Shown here: positions 1 to 9,382 of the stretch, in pieces
Position numbering within the stretch: position 1 is the first letter of the stretch
How the letters are laid out: each line of letters opens with the position of its first letter
Source of the DNA: a virus
Virus record (IMG/VR): IMGVR_UViG_3300031539_000002
Strand: one strand, 5' to 3'
DNA length: 64,000 nucleotides
The notes under the pieces: generated by a model
The model's database searches: none
What the model saw: only the letters and a program-made list of their open reading frames with translations
Told to the model about the DNA's origin: nothing
Program-made: the position numbers and the translations under genes

Positions 1-2
1 GA

Positions 3-188
3 GTCCACATCAACCCGCTCGCGCAAAACACCCATCGAGGCCGTGAAGTTCGGCCGCAGATGGGAGAACTTCCTACTCTTGCGGTAGACGAGTTCGCCAG
101 GATTCTACAGCGCCGGGTCATTGAGCTGACGGGAGAACAGTCATCCAGTGGCAGACCGGCGAGACTCAACAACGTGGGTAGCTCTTGA
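3..188 (+). CDS. 3' end of an upstream gene (partial, unknown function)
   Basis: Open frame from the window edge (VHINPLAQN...NNVGSS) ending at TGA 186-188 and overlapping the next start; no motif recognised. Confidence 0.35.
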   Translation, partial: VHINPLAQNTHRGREVRPQMGELPTLAVDEFARILQRRVIELTGEQSSSGRPARLNNVGSS

Positions 189-681
189 GCTAACGCGAAA
201 TGGCGAGAAACTCGTCGAAGAAGGCACTCTCGCTCGAGACCTGCGAAGGGCTCTTGATGTCGAGGAGACGTGGCCCGTCTTCATCCCTGCGCGCATCTAC
301 GAGAAAAAGGGCCGCAGCGTCACCATCCATTTGATGGAGGGCTACGCCTTCGTGGCCACCGGCCTCGATGAGGTGCGCTATTTCCGTCTCGAGTACTCGA
401 AACTCGTGACTCAGGTGCTCTCTGAGAAGAAGGGGTCGCAGGCGATACGGGTGTTGTCCACCATCTCCGACGCCCGAATTACCGAACTTCGCCGCCAGCT
501 CAACGAAGAGGTTGCCTCTGACATTGTGCCGGGCATGGAGGTTTTGGTAACTGACGGAATTTACAGTAAGCTCGAGGGCACTGTTCTCGACGTTGAGGGC
601 GATTATGCGATCGTCCGCTTTGAGCTACGTTCCCTCAAGGTCCTGTCCAAGGTCCCTAAGGTCTTTTTGGACACCGTGTGA
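148..681 (+). CDS. NusG-family transcription elongation/antitermination factor
   Basis: NGN-like N-domain (W-V-A-L, VFIP, LMEGYAFV resembling LFPGYVFV) plus C-terminal KOW (PGMEVLVTDGIYSKLEGTV). Confidence 0.8.
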   Translation: MADRRDSTTWVALELTRNGEKLVEEGTLARDLRRALDVEETWPVFIPARIYEKKGRSVTIHLMEGYAFVATGLDEVRYFRLEYSKLVTQVLSEKKGSQAIRVLSTISDARITELRRQLNEEVASDIVPGMEVLVTDGIYSKLEGTVLDVEGDYAIVRFELRSLKVLSKVPKVFLDTV

Positions 682-687
682 GATTCA

Positions 688-1299
688 ATGTCAAGTGTAT
701 GGGCTGATTGCCGTTCTGTAGATCCCTCCGAACTCGAAAGCCGCGTAAGCGTGGCTGACAACATGGAGTTCCTTGGACAGATTCTGTCTGAGGAGCCCAC
801 CGAAGAATCCATTCGGAATTTGGAACGGGTTCGCGACATCATGTTGGAGCTGCCCCTTCGGGAAGCGGACTTCGTCGAACTCTACTTCTTCAACCACAAG
901 ACGCAGACCGACATCGCGGAGATCTTCCGAGTCAGCCAGCCGACCGTTTGCTACCGGCTCCAGCGAGCTACGGCTCGCATCCGGTTTGTTCTCAGTTTGC
1001 CGGACATCTCCGAAGCTGAGATGGAGATCGCGCTCCGCGGCTTCTTGGGTGACGAGGAGGATGTGGAGATCATGATGCGGATGTACGAGACGACCTGTCA
1101 GAGTGCCGTCGCCAAGGCGATGGAGATCACTCAGGGCAAGGTGCGTCATCGGTTCATGCGGTCAACGAAGCGGATGCTCGAAAACCCGCAGATGCAGCAA
1201 TATGCGAAGATTTTCCAAGCCATTGCGGAAAACTTGAACATCATGCGGGAAGTGGATCGGCCGAAGTGGGACGAGAAGGTCCATTTCGTCGTGGACTGA
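688..1299 (+). CDS. Sigma-70 region-4-like tandem HTH protein
   Basis: LPLREADFVELYFFNHKTQTDIAEIFRVSQPTV is a region-4-like HTH; second HTH CQSAVAKAMEITQGKVRH; no clear sigma region 2. Confidence 0.65.
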   Translation: MSSVWADCRSVDPSELESRVSVADNMEFLGQILSEEPTEESIRNLERVRDIMLELPLREADFVELYFFNHKTQTDIAEIFRVSQPTVCYRLQRATARIRFVLSLPDISEAEMEIALRGFLGDEEDVEIMMRMYETTCQSAVAKAMEITQGKVRHRFMRSTKRMLENPQMQQYAKIFQAIAENLNIMREVDRPKWDEKVHFVVD

Positions 1300-1310
1300 C
1301 GTTGGAGGCC

Positions 1311-1332
1311 GGTTTTCGTCCTATCTCAGCCC
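1311..1332 (+). promoter_or_regulatory. Putative phage late-promoter motif GGT-N7-YTAT-N6-(C/A)C
   Basis: GGTTTTCGTCCTATCTCAGCCC; the same pattern recurs in 8 other intergenic gaps. Confidence 0.6.
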
Positions 1333-1354
1333 TTGAGGTAGGAGCCATCCATCC

Positions 1355-2137
1355 ATGTCTCGTTTCGGAAAAATAGCAGCAAGCGCGCTTATCGTCCTTC
1401 CGATCGCCCTCGGCGGGTGCAGGCCCACAAAAGGCACCGCCAATCCCGAGGACTACTTCCCCCTGATCCAGGTGGCCCTTGCCGGTGGCGAGACGGCCGC
1501 CATGATTGGCCGAAACGAGGCATTCAAGGCCAAGAACTTCGAGGGATGTGTGGCCGCCGAGTCCCTGGTCTCGGCGTTCGACAGTGCCAACCAAGTCTTG
1601 GCCGGCCGGCTTTCGGATCAGATTGTGATCCCCGCTGTTGAGATTGACGTGTCGGATTGTCTCGCTCTTCGTGAGTCCTCCGATGTGGAGGAAGCGGCCA
1701 AGGTGACCACGTATTCCACGATGGTCGCGGGCTATGTTGCCCCGGTGAGCGACGCCAACCCCGAGGGTGCTGACCCGGCCCCGACGGAAGAGACCACGAC
1801 CGAGGAAGCTCTGGCCGAAGAAGCGGCTCCCGTGGAGGAGGCTCCGGCCGAAGAAGCGGCTCCTGTGGAGGAAGCTCCGGCCGAGCCCGAAGCCCTCAAA
1901 GGGAACCCGGACGCCGCCATGCTCGTCGAAACCATCGGTGGCATCACCATCATGGCTGTCCTGCATTACGCCACGAGGCTGCAGACCGCGAACTGTAAGA
2001 AGGGCACTGCTGCAATCGGTGCCATCAACTACGTCGGAGGAATGATCAAGCCGATCGCCGATGAGATCGCCGATCCCGACGGAAAGGTGTCGGTCCCTGC
2101 CGTCGCCATCGACCTGAGTGAATGTCAGGGGGGCTAG
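1355..2137 (+). CDS. Lipoprotein with internal duplication and acidic repeat linker
   Basis: Lipobox-like signal ending LGGC; IPAVEIDVSDC / VPAVAIDLSEC duplication; EEAAPVEEAPA tandem repeat (33-nt unit, ~1813-1884). Confidence 0.7.
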   Translation: MSRFGKIAASALIVLPIALGGCRPTKGTANPEDYFPLIQVALAGGETAAMIGRNEAFKAKNFEGCVAAESLVSAFDSANQVLAGRLSDQIVIPAVEIDVSDCLALRESSDVEEAAKVTTYSTMVAGYVAPVSDANPEGADPAPTEETTTEEALAEEAAPVEEAPAEEAAPVEEAPAEPEALKGNPDAAMLVETIGGITIMAVLHYATRLQTANCKKGTAAIGAINYVGGMIKPIADEIADPDGKVSVPAVAIDLSECQGG

Positions 2138-2166
2138 CCGACCAACCAACAGGCTACGGGAACACC

Positions 2167-2472
2167 ATGTCCGATAAACCATCAGCGCGCCGGGTCGTCA
2201 TGACCAAGAAGGTGGCCCGGCAGTGGCTGCTTGCTCAGGCGAAGCCAGAGTACCGCTTTCGGGTGTTCAATCCGAACGCGAAGGATTATCCCTCGGTGCT
2301 CCGTTCTTTTCGTGACGGTAAGCTCAGACTTGCTTCCGTCGAACCCCTTCCCGACCTCGGAGTCAGTGAAGACTTCGAGGGCTTTTACGTCTGGTCCTCC
2401 GATCGCGACTCCTTGAAGACCTTGGAGCGTTGGTTCGTGAGACGCGGGCTGGAGACGAACTGGATTTGGTGA
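2167..2472 (+). CDS. Hypothetical protein with N-terminal KKVARQW tag
   Basis: ATG 2167 in frame with track ORF 2122; tight operon spacing. Confidence 0.6.
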   Translation: MSDKPSARRVVMTKKVARQWLLAQAKPEYRFRVFNPNAKDYPSVLRSFRDGKLRLASVEPLPDLGVSEDFEGFYVWSSDRDSLKTLERWFVRRGLETNWIW

Positions 2473-2473
2473 G

Positions 2474-2917
2474 ATGTCGGGTGTTCGAACGCGCATCAAG
2501 AGTTGCTTCACGTACATGGTGCGGATCAATGATCCGTGCAACCCGTCGTGGATGTTCACCATTGACGTCAACCAAGATGGCACTTGCGGCGTCAGCAGCA
2601 TCAAGTCACCCAACGGCAGCATTTGCGATTCAAACACGCAAATTCCCGGGTGCGTCCTCGACGAGATTAACGCCGCGAAGGCGGATGTGGAGAACATCTT
2701 GGCACAGTCGAGCGCAGTAAACGGAACCCTGACTTTCACTGACGAGACGACGCAGTCGATCGTCTTTGCCACGCCGTTCGCCAACACGAACTATCGCGTG
2801 TACGTGACGCTCGAGGACTTCTTCGACTGGAGGATCGTCAACAAGACCACCGTCGGCTTCGACATCGAACTCAACATCACCTACACGGGAACGGTTCAGT
2901 ACGACGTGTTCGTCTAG
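2474..2917 (+). CDS. Putative virion structural protein
   Basis: C-terminal IVFATPFANTNYRVYV...KTTVGFDI domain shared with the C-terminus of 2927-4537. Confidence 0.55.
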   Translation: MSGVRTRIKSCFTYMVRINDPCNPSWMFTIDVNQDGTCGVSSIKSPNGSICDSNTQIPGCVLDEINAAKADVENILAQSSAVNGTLTFTDETTQSIVFATPFANTNYRVYVTLEDFFDWRIVNKTTVGFDIELNITYTGTVQYDVFV

Positions 2918-2926
2918 GAGCAAGCC

Positions 2927-4537
2927 ATGGCCGTCCAACCTCCATTCAGAAGCGACGCGTTCCAAGTCGAGAACGCAGACGCCCCCGTCGGCCCCCGCCT
3001 GCTCGAGGCAGACCTCAGCGACGGTTCGTTGCGGTTCACAGACCCGCGCATTCCGACCGGCATCAACCTCTCCGAGCTCGCAGGACTCCAGCAGCTCAAC
3101 AGCACCATCGTCGTCTCCCAGACGGGCGTAGGCGCCTCAAAGGACGCTAGCGGCGATCCCATCACCACCATCCAAGGTGGCCTGGATGCGGTGCCCGACA
3201 GCGCTGATGTTGACGATCCTTGGACCGTGTTCGTGGCCCCAGGCCTGTACGTCGAGGATGTGTATTTCCTCAAGGATGGCGTCACCCTACAAGGTCTCGG
3301 CACTGTTCGCCTGACCAACGCTTCGGGCGTTTCCACTCTCAGGATGCGTGCGGGGGTTTCGACCGTTCCGCGGCGCGTCATGGTCCGCTCGATGCGGATT
3401 GAAAACACGACTGCGGCGCAGGCGTGCATCGACATTGGGAGTGCGACCTTCGCTTCGGGAACCATCACGATTGCGTCGGTCCCGACCATCGGGGACATCG
3501 CTGGGACGGGGGGCGTCAACCTTACGGCCGTGGCCAACGGCGCGGTCCCTGCTCCTGGTGAATTTGAGCTGGGCACCGACACGGCGACCACGGCGACGAA
3601 CTTGGCTGCGGCCCTCAACGATCCGGTCAACGGCCTCACGGGCATCGTGGTGGCTACCGTGGTGGGTTCTGTCGTCACCATTCGCGCACTCGCGGACGGT
3701 GTGGCAGGCAACGCCATCACGCTCTCGAGCACGGTGGCCCTGGTCATCGTGGTTTCGGGGCCGACTCTCACGGGTGGGGCTGCGAGCTCGGCAGGTTCGA
3801 CTGTTGGCAACAATCTGATCCAGGTCATCGACTGCGATCTGGTGCCTACGGTGGGCGCGAGTTTCACATTGCGTGCTGCGGCCATCAACAATCTCTACGT
3901 CGAAGGTGGCAACTGGACTGAGGCTGCGACCGGTTCCGTGTTCAGCGTGACCGATTGCGCGGCCTGCAACTTGAACAACGTCGAGATCGAAGGAGCGGCT
4001 CTCAACTACGACAGCGCCAATCCTGATCTTCCTTTCCTCGGCACGTCTGCCTACGAGATGAACGACGTGTCGATCGGCGGCACGGGACTCCTTGCGGGCT
4101 ATTCGGGTGTTGGGAGTCTGACTTTGACGGAGTGTGACGTGGTCGGAGCCACGACATACAGTGGAGGCGCCCCGGCACAGAGTTTCACAGCTCGACGGTG
4201 CTCTTTCGGTGCGATGGTCGTTGGCGGGGTTGCCCCGGCAATGGTCCTCAGCAGTTGCACTCGAGGAACCCTTGCGGGAGGCGGCACCGGTACCCTGGCT
4301 GAAACGACGGTGTTCGGGTCGGCTGTTTTCGCTGCGGTTCCTGTGGTGACAGTGCCTTTTGCGGAGCCTCAGCCCGACCTTGCTTACACGGTGCTGTTGG
4401 AGCCTGAGGGGCCCCCCGCAGCCATCACGGATCTTGCTTTCGTGCCGAGCCCCGCGAAGACGGCCACAGGCTTTGACATTGCGTTCGGAGCCCCGCAGGC
4501 ATTGACCATCAACTTCGTCGTCAAGCGCGACATCTAG
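2927..4537 (+). CDS. Putative virion fibre/structural protein
   Basis: G/A/T/V-rich; beta-helix-cap-like TIQGGLDAV...VFVAPGLYVEDV; sheath-insert-like ATATNLAAALN...VVTIRA...GNAITL...LTGG; C-terminal beta domain. Confidence 0.6.
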   Translation: MAVQPPFRSDAFQVENADAPVGPRLLEADLSDGSLRFTDPRIPTGINLSELAGLQQLNSTIVVSQTGVGASKDASGDPITTIQGGLDAVPDSADVDDPWTVFVAPGLYVEDVYFLKDGVTLQGLGTVRLTNASGVSTLRMRAGVSTVPRRVMVRSMRIENTTAAQACIDIGSATFASGTITIASVPTIGDIAGTGGVNLTAVANGAVPAPGEFELGTDTATTATNLAAALNDPVNGLTGIVVATVVGSVVTIRALADGVAGNAITLSSTVALVIVVSGPTLTGGAASSAGSTVGNNLIQVIDCDLVPTVGASFTLRAAAINNLYVEGGNWTEAATGSVFSVTDCAACNLNNVEIEGAALNYDSANPDLPFLGTSAYEMNDVSIGGTGLLAGYSGVGSLTLTECDVVGATTYSGGAPAQSFTARRCSFGAMVVGGVAPAMVLSSCTRGTLAGGGTGTLAETTVFGSAVFAAVPVVTVPFAEPQPDLAYTVLLEPEGPPAAITDLAFVPSPAKTATGFDIAFGAPQALTINFVVKRDI

Positions 4538-4548
4538 GAGAAGACGCC

Positions 4549-5124
4549 ATGTCCCACGATGATGACTTTTGGACACAACTGACCCTCGGGCAGCAGAGCA
4601 ACACCGCGTCTGCGCTCGATGACTACCTGTCGGGCCGTGAGGCCGACGCACAGAACGCGGGGCTCCGTGCCCTCACCGACAAGGGGCGAGCAGCAAACGC
4701 TCTCCTGTTGCCGGCAGAGGCTGGCACGAGGGTGTCGTTCGTGACCAACATCGGCAGTGTCTTGTCGTATCCCGATCCTCCGGCCCCGGATGCCGAAGGC
4801 ACCATCGTCATGGTCCGTACGGCGGAAGGAGACCAGACAAGTTTGGGGGGGATGGCTTTCGTGAAGTTTGACGAAGGCCAGTTCATGGTGATCCACCCGG
4901 AGCATCTGCGTCGAGCGGCTCCGAACACGAAGCGCGCCAACAGTTTTGCGAGGCGTGTGTCAAATCTGGGGGACCTGGGCGGGTTTTTGCGGTGGGGCAC
5001 CGAGGACGACAACGAGCTCGTCCACAAGGCCACGAAGGACCTGTGGTCCTTTGAGAGCACCGATGGCGGGGACTTCGTGATCTCTCGTTTGTTTGACGAT
5101 ACGGGCTCCCCACTCAAGGTCTAA
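4549..5124 (+). CDS. Hypothetical protein (virion block)
   Basis: AGGAG RBS, phage-like codon use, no family motif. Confidence 0.7.
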   Translation: MSHDDDFWTQLTLGQQSNTASALDDYLSGREADAQNAGLRALTDKGRAANALLLPAEAGTRVSFVTNIGSVLSYPDPPAPDAEGTIVMVRTAEGDQTSLGGMAFVKFDEGQFMVIHPEHLRRAAPNTKRANSFARRVSNLGDLGGFLRWGTEDDNELVHKATKDLWSFESTDGGDFVISRLFDDTGSPLKV

Positions 5125-5168
5125 CAGGGGCGCCACTTGCGCCCGCCTCCAATCGCCTCAACGGGCGT

Positions 5169-5190
5169 GGTTTTCGCCTTATAGGCATCC
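5169..5190 (+). promoter_or_regulatory. Putative late-promoter motif
   Basis: GGTTTTCGCCTTATAGGCATCC. Confidence 0.6.
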
Positions 5191-5208
5191 CTTGACAGGA
5201 AGTTCGCT

Positions 5209-6003
5209 GTGCCCACACCCGACCCTAAACGCGTCGCCGCGACGTATCTGGCCCATCAGCAAATCAAAACTGCTGGCGAGGTCATTTTCAAGAAGGACCG
5301 GAGTGGGGATGTTGATTCGTGGGCCTACACCGATGTCCCGCCTTCGATGCGGGAGATCCCTCGAGACTTCAACTACGCGCCCAAGCATCAGAAGCCGTTG
5401 GCTCAGGTCTTGAGGTCCACGCTGGCCGCGCTCGGCTACGTGCTGATGGCCTACAACCGGTTCGCCAAGCTCAAGTCTTCCCGTCTCAGCCCCGATGGAA
5501 ACCTCGGAGGCCGTGGCTACATTCAGAAGATCCAAGACATGCGCAAGCAGTACATGAACTGTGTTGAGGCGCTGTCTGCTCTTTCCGACACGGTGCATGA
5601 CGAGATCAACGCTCCGCACTGGGCCCTCATGTCGCGTCAAGAAGATGATGAGGGGAAGAACGAAGTGTCGCAGCTCATTGAGGAAGCACAGGTCATCCGC
5701 GAGGACCCCCAAGAATGGGCCGAGCAGGAGACCGGTGAGTCGGTCGCTGACGAAGAGAACAAAGACGACGAGGAAGAAGAAGTCGTCGTGGAGGAGGGAT
5801 TCGGTGAGTCGATGGCCGGAGGTAAGGACGAGCGCACCAAGAAGAACGAGTCCAACCCCGCCGCGTGGATGAATCCTCCCGCACCCTCCGGGAACAAGAT
5901 GGCTTCCCACAAATCGGCCCGAGACATTCGCCTCGCTCTCGCAGTGGGTCGCATTGCCCAAAAGTGGGCTACCAACCAAGAGATCGAGGGAGGGCAAAAC
6001 TGA
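5209..6003 (+). CDS. Hypothetical head-associated protein
   Basis: N-terminal KRVAATY...KTA, C-terminal KMAS...GRIAQKW, acidic tract. Confidence 0.7.
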   Translation: MPTPDPKRVAATYLAHQQIKTAGEVIFKKDRSGDVDSWAYTDVPPSMREIPRDFNYAPKHQKPLAQVLRSTLAALGYVLMAYNRFAKLKSSRLSPDGNLGGRGYIQKIQDMRKQYMNCVEALSALSDTVHDEINAPHWALMSRQEDDEGKNEVSQLIEEAQVIREDPQEWAEQETGESVADEENKDDEEEEVVVEEGFGESMAGGKDERTKKNESNPAAWMNPPAPSGNKMASHKSARDIRLALAVGRIAQKWATNQEIEGGQN

Positions 6004-8282
6004 TGTCCAAGAAGTCCGAATCCAAGCTCCCCGGCGAGCTCAACGAAAACTGGGGCTCCAACTACATGATGGACGGCTTCTGGCACGACATGGAGTACGA
6101 GCATGGTCTCAAAGAGAACCCTGGCGCGAACCCTGTCCCGCAGCCCTCCACGTCTGGCATGAGCCATCTCCCCGACGGCATGATCATGGCTCTCCAAGCC
6201 GAACTCGAGATTGAGACTCAAGAAGAGGAAGGCGGTCTCGATCTTGAGGCGCTCGGCATTGTCGCCGCGATTTCTGGTGTTGACCCTGAGCAAGACTTCG
6301 ACGTTGATCGTGCAGACGCGGGCATCGTGGACTATACGTGGCTCTCCGAGGCGTACCAGGACCCCACTCGCCTCCCCAACAAGCCCGTCGATAACGGCAT
6401 CCCTGAACTGCAAGAGGCATGGGGCAACCGCACGGATGGCATTGCTCGCATCGACCTCACTGACCGTGACGCCGTGCGTTACCAGGATGCGTTTCAAGGC
6501 CAAGAGGACGACGACATACTGCATCCTGAGAAGCTCGCTTCTTTCGTGCAGTCGGCCATGCGTCGGTCTGCTGCGGGGGAGTCGATGGTTTCCATCAAGC
6601 GCCGTCTTGCATCGCATCTCAACCTCGCGTCGGCTCGGAAGATTCTCAACCCCGTCAAAGCCATCGAGGCCGAGCACGGGCTCGTGGGCAACGTCTACGT
6701 CCGTGCCTCCGCGTACCCTGGTCTTGAGCAAGGCAAGTGGCGCAACGACTTGATCAAGGCAGCCAAGGGCGCCCGGTACCTGATCGCTCAGTGTGGTCAG
6801 GATTGTTCGGGATGCGCGTGTTCCCTCGGCCTCACGGTTGTCAACCACCCTGATCAGATCGACTGGAACGACGCCTACGATCACTACTCGCCCAGGCTCG
6901 CGGCCACGGGTCGCCTCGACCGCATGGCTACGGTGATGGACAAGCGCTTGGCTCTCAAGCACGCGTTCGTCGCTGAGGAGAAGGCACCGAAGACTCACAT
7001 CGAGAACTCCAGGGTGCGTCACACGACGCCATCTGATCGAGTGTCTCGTCACGAAGCCGTGCAGGCCATCACGTCGCACAAAGAGACGCGTGAGCGCCTG
7101 GACCTGTCGGGCAAGGAGTTGCAGATCCAGCGGACGCAGCTCGCCAAAAAGCTCGGCGCGATGGCCAAGGCCAATCTCATCAGCATGGAGGAAGCCAAGA
7201 CGTTGATGGGTTCGGACCAGCCGATTCAGACGCGCATTCGCATGGCCAACCTCTTGGCAGCTCGTACCAAGAAGGCCGAGTTCAGCGGTGCTCTGATCGG
7301 GGATGCTCGCGTCTCCATCACGGCTGAGGAGTTCGCAGCCGCAGGCGAGCGTGGGAAGGCTGCTCAGCACAACGCTCGGACGGCCTCCGCATCTGAGGAT
7401 GCGGAGCGCAACCGTCTGCTCGAGGGATTCAATCGCCTCGAGGCTCGCTACCAGGCTGCGCGCGCGAAGGTCGGCAAGGTTCTTGAGGTCGTCGTCAACA
7501 AGAAGATGGCGGGCGCGAAACTCCGGGAGTGGGTTGACGGTCTGTTCGACGCCAACGAGCGTCAGATGGTCAAGGCAGCGCTCGACCCGGTGCTCGTCAA
7601 TGGCGGGTACTACGAGGACGAGAATGCAGGCAAGCCCCGTGCGTACGAGGGCAACGCGATGCACGAAGCCGAGTACAAGCGCCCCGAGCACATCGTCTCT
7701 GCCGGTGAGATCGCCAAGACGGTTCGGTGGGCTCGACAGCAAATGAGCGAAGGGTTCGCTTCTCGTGACCTCGACCAGCTCATCGACCATCGTGTCGAGG
7801 CTCGTGTGAAGAAGGCCGCATCCGAGCAGCTCGTTCAGATTCGCATGAAGCACGAGGGTCTGTCAGGCCACCTGTATGTGGATGCCGAAGCCTACGCCAC
7901 TCCCAAGACGGCCAAGGGCTGTGAAGAGGGGGCACTCAAGCATCGTACGAACGGCCTGCCTTACGTGCTCGCTATGAGCCAGTGCGGAAGCTGTGTCTTC
8001 AAGAACGCGGATGGTGTTTGCCAGAAGTACAACAAGACACTCGTGGATGAAGTGCCGACGGAGAACCTTGAAGAGTTCCGTCGTCAGGCACTCGCGTCTC
8101 ACGACATGAGCGACGCCGAGGAGACGGCATCCATGTTCCATGGGAACGATCTCCGTATGGCCGACAACCCCAATATCGTGGACGAGTTCGGGCTCCACAA
8201 CGCTACGCTCGATGACCTCGAAACAGAGGACACCACGATTGGAACTCTCGACGGGATCTTCTTCGGAGGGTTTGAGCTGTGA
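6003..8282 (+). CDS. Large head-associated protein with duplicated Cys-cluster domain
   Basis: ATG 6003 overlaps upstream TGA; EHGLVGNVYVRASAY...CGQDCSGCAC and HEGLSGHLYVDAEAY...CGSCVF...C. Confidence 0.7.
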   Translation: MSKKSESKLPGELNENWGSNYMMDGFWHDMEYEHGLKENPGANPVPQPSTSGMSHLPDGMIMALQAELEIETQEEEGGLDLEALGIVAAISGVDPEQDFDVDRADAGIVDYTWLSEAYQDPTRLPNKPVDNGIPELQEAWGNRTDGIARIDLTDRDAVRYQDAFQGQEDDDILHPEKLASFVQSAMRRSAAGESMVSIKRRLASHLNLASARKILNPVKAIEAEHGLVGNVYVRASAYPGLEQGKWRNDLIKAAKGARYLIAQCGQDCSGCACSLGLTVVNHPDQIDWNDAYDHYSPRLAATGRLDRMATVMDKRLALKHAFVAEEKAPKTHIENSRVRHTTPSDRVSRHEAVQAITSHKETRERLDLSGKELQIQRTQLAKKLGAMAKANLISMEEAKTLMGSDQPIQTRIRMANLLAARTKKAEFSGALIGDARVSITAEEFAAAGERGKAAQHNARTASASEDAERNRLLEGFNRLEARYQAARAKVGKVLEVVVNKKMAGAKLREWVDGLFDANERQMVKAALDPVLVNGGYYEDENAGKPRAYEGNAMHEAEYKRPEHIVSAGEIAKTVRWARQQMSEGFASRDLDQLIDHRVEARVKKAASEQLVQIRMKHEGLSGHLYVDAEAYATPKTAKGCEEGALKHRTNGLPYVLAMSQCGSCVFKNADGVCQKYNKTLVDEVPTENLEEFRRQALASHDMSDAEETASMFHGNDLRMADNPNIVDEFGLHNATLDDLETEDTTIGTLDGIFFGGFEL

Positions 8283-8746
8283 GCAAGACGGCAAATGGCA
8301 GGGCGACTGCGGTCGACCTGCTCCAGCACCTGCTGGGTCTCATGCGGGCTCAGTATTGGAGCTACCAAGAAGCTCATTGGAAGGTGAAGGGCGCAAGCTT
8401 CTACGGCAACCATCTTCTGTTTCAACGTCTCTATGAGAGCCTCGTGGAGCAGGTGGACACGCTTGCTGAGAAAATGGTGGGCAAGTACGGCCCTGAGGCT
8501 GTGTGCAGTTCGGCCCTCGTTCCGCGATTCGAGAGTTTCCTTGGGCGCTGGCAGGTGGTGGGTTGTCTGCACAAGCGGGGTCTCTTGTCTGAGGCTGATT
8601 TTCATGCCGTGGTCCAAAAGGTCTACAACGAACTCAAAGCACTGGGTGAACTTAGCCTCGGGATGGACGACTTCCTGATGGCCATCGCAAGTGAGCACGA
8701 GACCAACCAGTACCTTCTTCGCCAGGTGCTTCGATCCAAGGGGTAG
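8279..8746 (+). CDS. Dps/ferritin-like protein
   Basis: HWKVKGASFYGNHLLFQRLYESLVEQVDTLAEK matches the Dps ferroxidase signature HWxxxGxxFxxxHxxF...DxxAE. Confidence 0.8.
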   Translation: MSKTANGRATAVDLLQHLLGLMRAQYWSYQEAHWKVKGASFYGNHLLFQRLYESLVEQVDTLAEKMVGKYGPEAVCSSALVPRFESFLGRWQVVGCLHKRGLLSEADFHAVVQKVYNELKALGELSLGMDDFLMAIASEHETNQYLLRQVLRSKG

Positions 8747-8749
8747 ACC

Positions 8750-9373
8750 ATGCCAACCGTCGCACAACCGCCATACCAACTGCTTGTCGCGAACTTCTCG
8801 CGCCCGACGCAGAGCTCCATTGAGGGTTCTGACACGTCTCACATGGCACCGACGAAGACGCGCACGGGGTTCATTTTCCAGCACGTCCAGAACCTCGGGT
8901 TCGCTTCAGACCACGTCAGCGGCACGTCCTCTCCAGCGCGTTCGGTTGTCACGAACACGATCAACGCAACTTTCGATCCTTTCGGAGGAACTCCTCCTCC
9001 CACAGGGGATGTGGTTGTGGCCAGTGATGTGTTCGTGGGGCAGTCCGCAAGCCTATTCATTGGCCCCTACGAGCTCGTGTCCAACCGAGACTTCGTGACC
9101 GGAGGTGGCACCGCAGCCACGGCCACAGCCATTGCAACGGCTGTCAGTGCGTTGCCTGGCTACACCGGCACTCCAGCCGGGTCCACCGTGACCGTGGAGG
9201 GTCCTGACGGACAAAGCGGGCTTCGTTTCGATGCTGCCTATCGGGGCGGCGATCTGAACTTCACGTTCACCTACGTGGCTGAGGACGGCGTTTTGAGCCA
9301 GGGCATCGGTGGAGGCCCGATCGAGCCGCCGGACATTTTGCCCCCGGGTACGCCCAATGGTGTGGCGCCCTAG
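8750..9373 (+). CDS. Putative virion structural protein
   Basis: G/T/P-rich; AATATAIATAV...GSTVTV motif resembling the insert in 2927-4537. Confidence 0.55.
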   Translation: MPTVAQPPYQLLVANFSRPTQSSIEGSDTSHMAPTKTRTGFIFQHVQNLGFASDHVSGTSSPARSVVTNTINATFDPFGGTPPPTGDVVVASDVFVGQSASLFIGPYELVSNRDFVTGGGTAATATAIATAVSALPGYTGTPAGSTVTVEGPDGQSGLRFDAAYRGGDLNFTFTYVAEDGVLSQGIGGGPIEPPDILPPGTPNGVAP

Positions 9374-9382
9374 TAGCCGAAT

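Noticed and set aside
1311-1332. Sigma54 (-24/-12) promoter
   Set aside because: GG is present, but the conserved GC at -12 is replaced by AT in every copy
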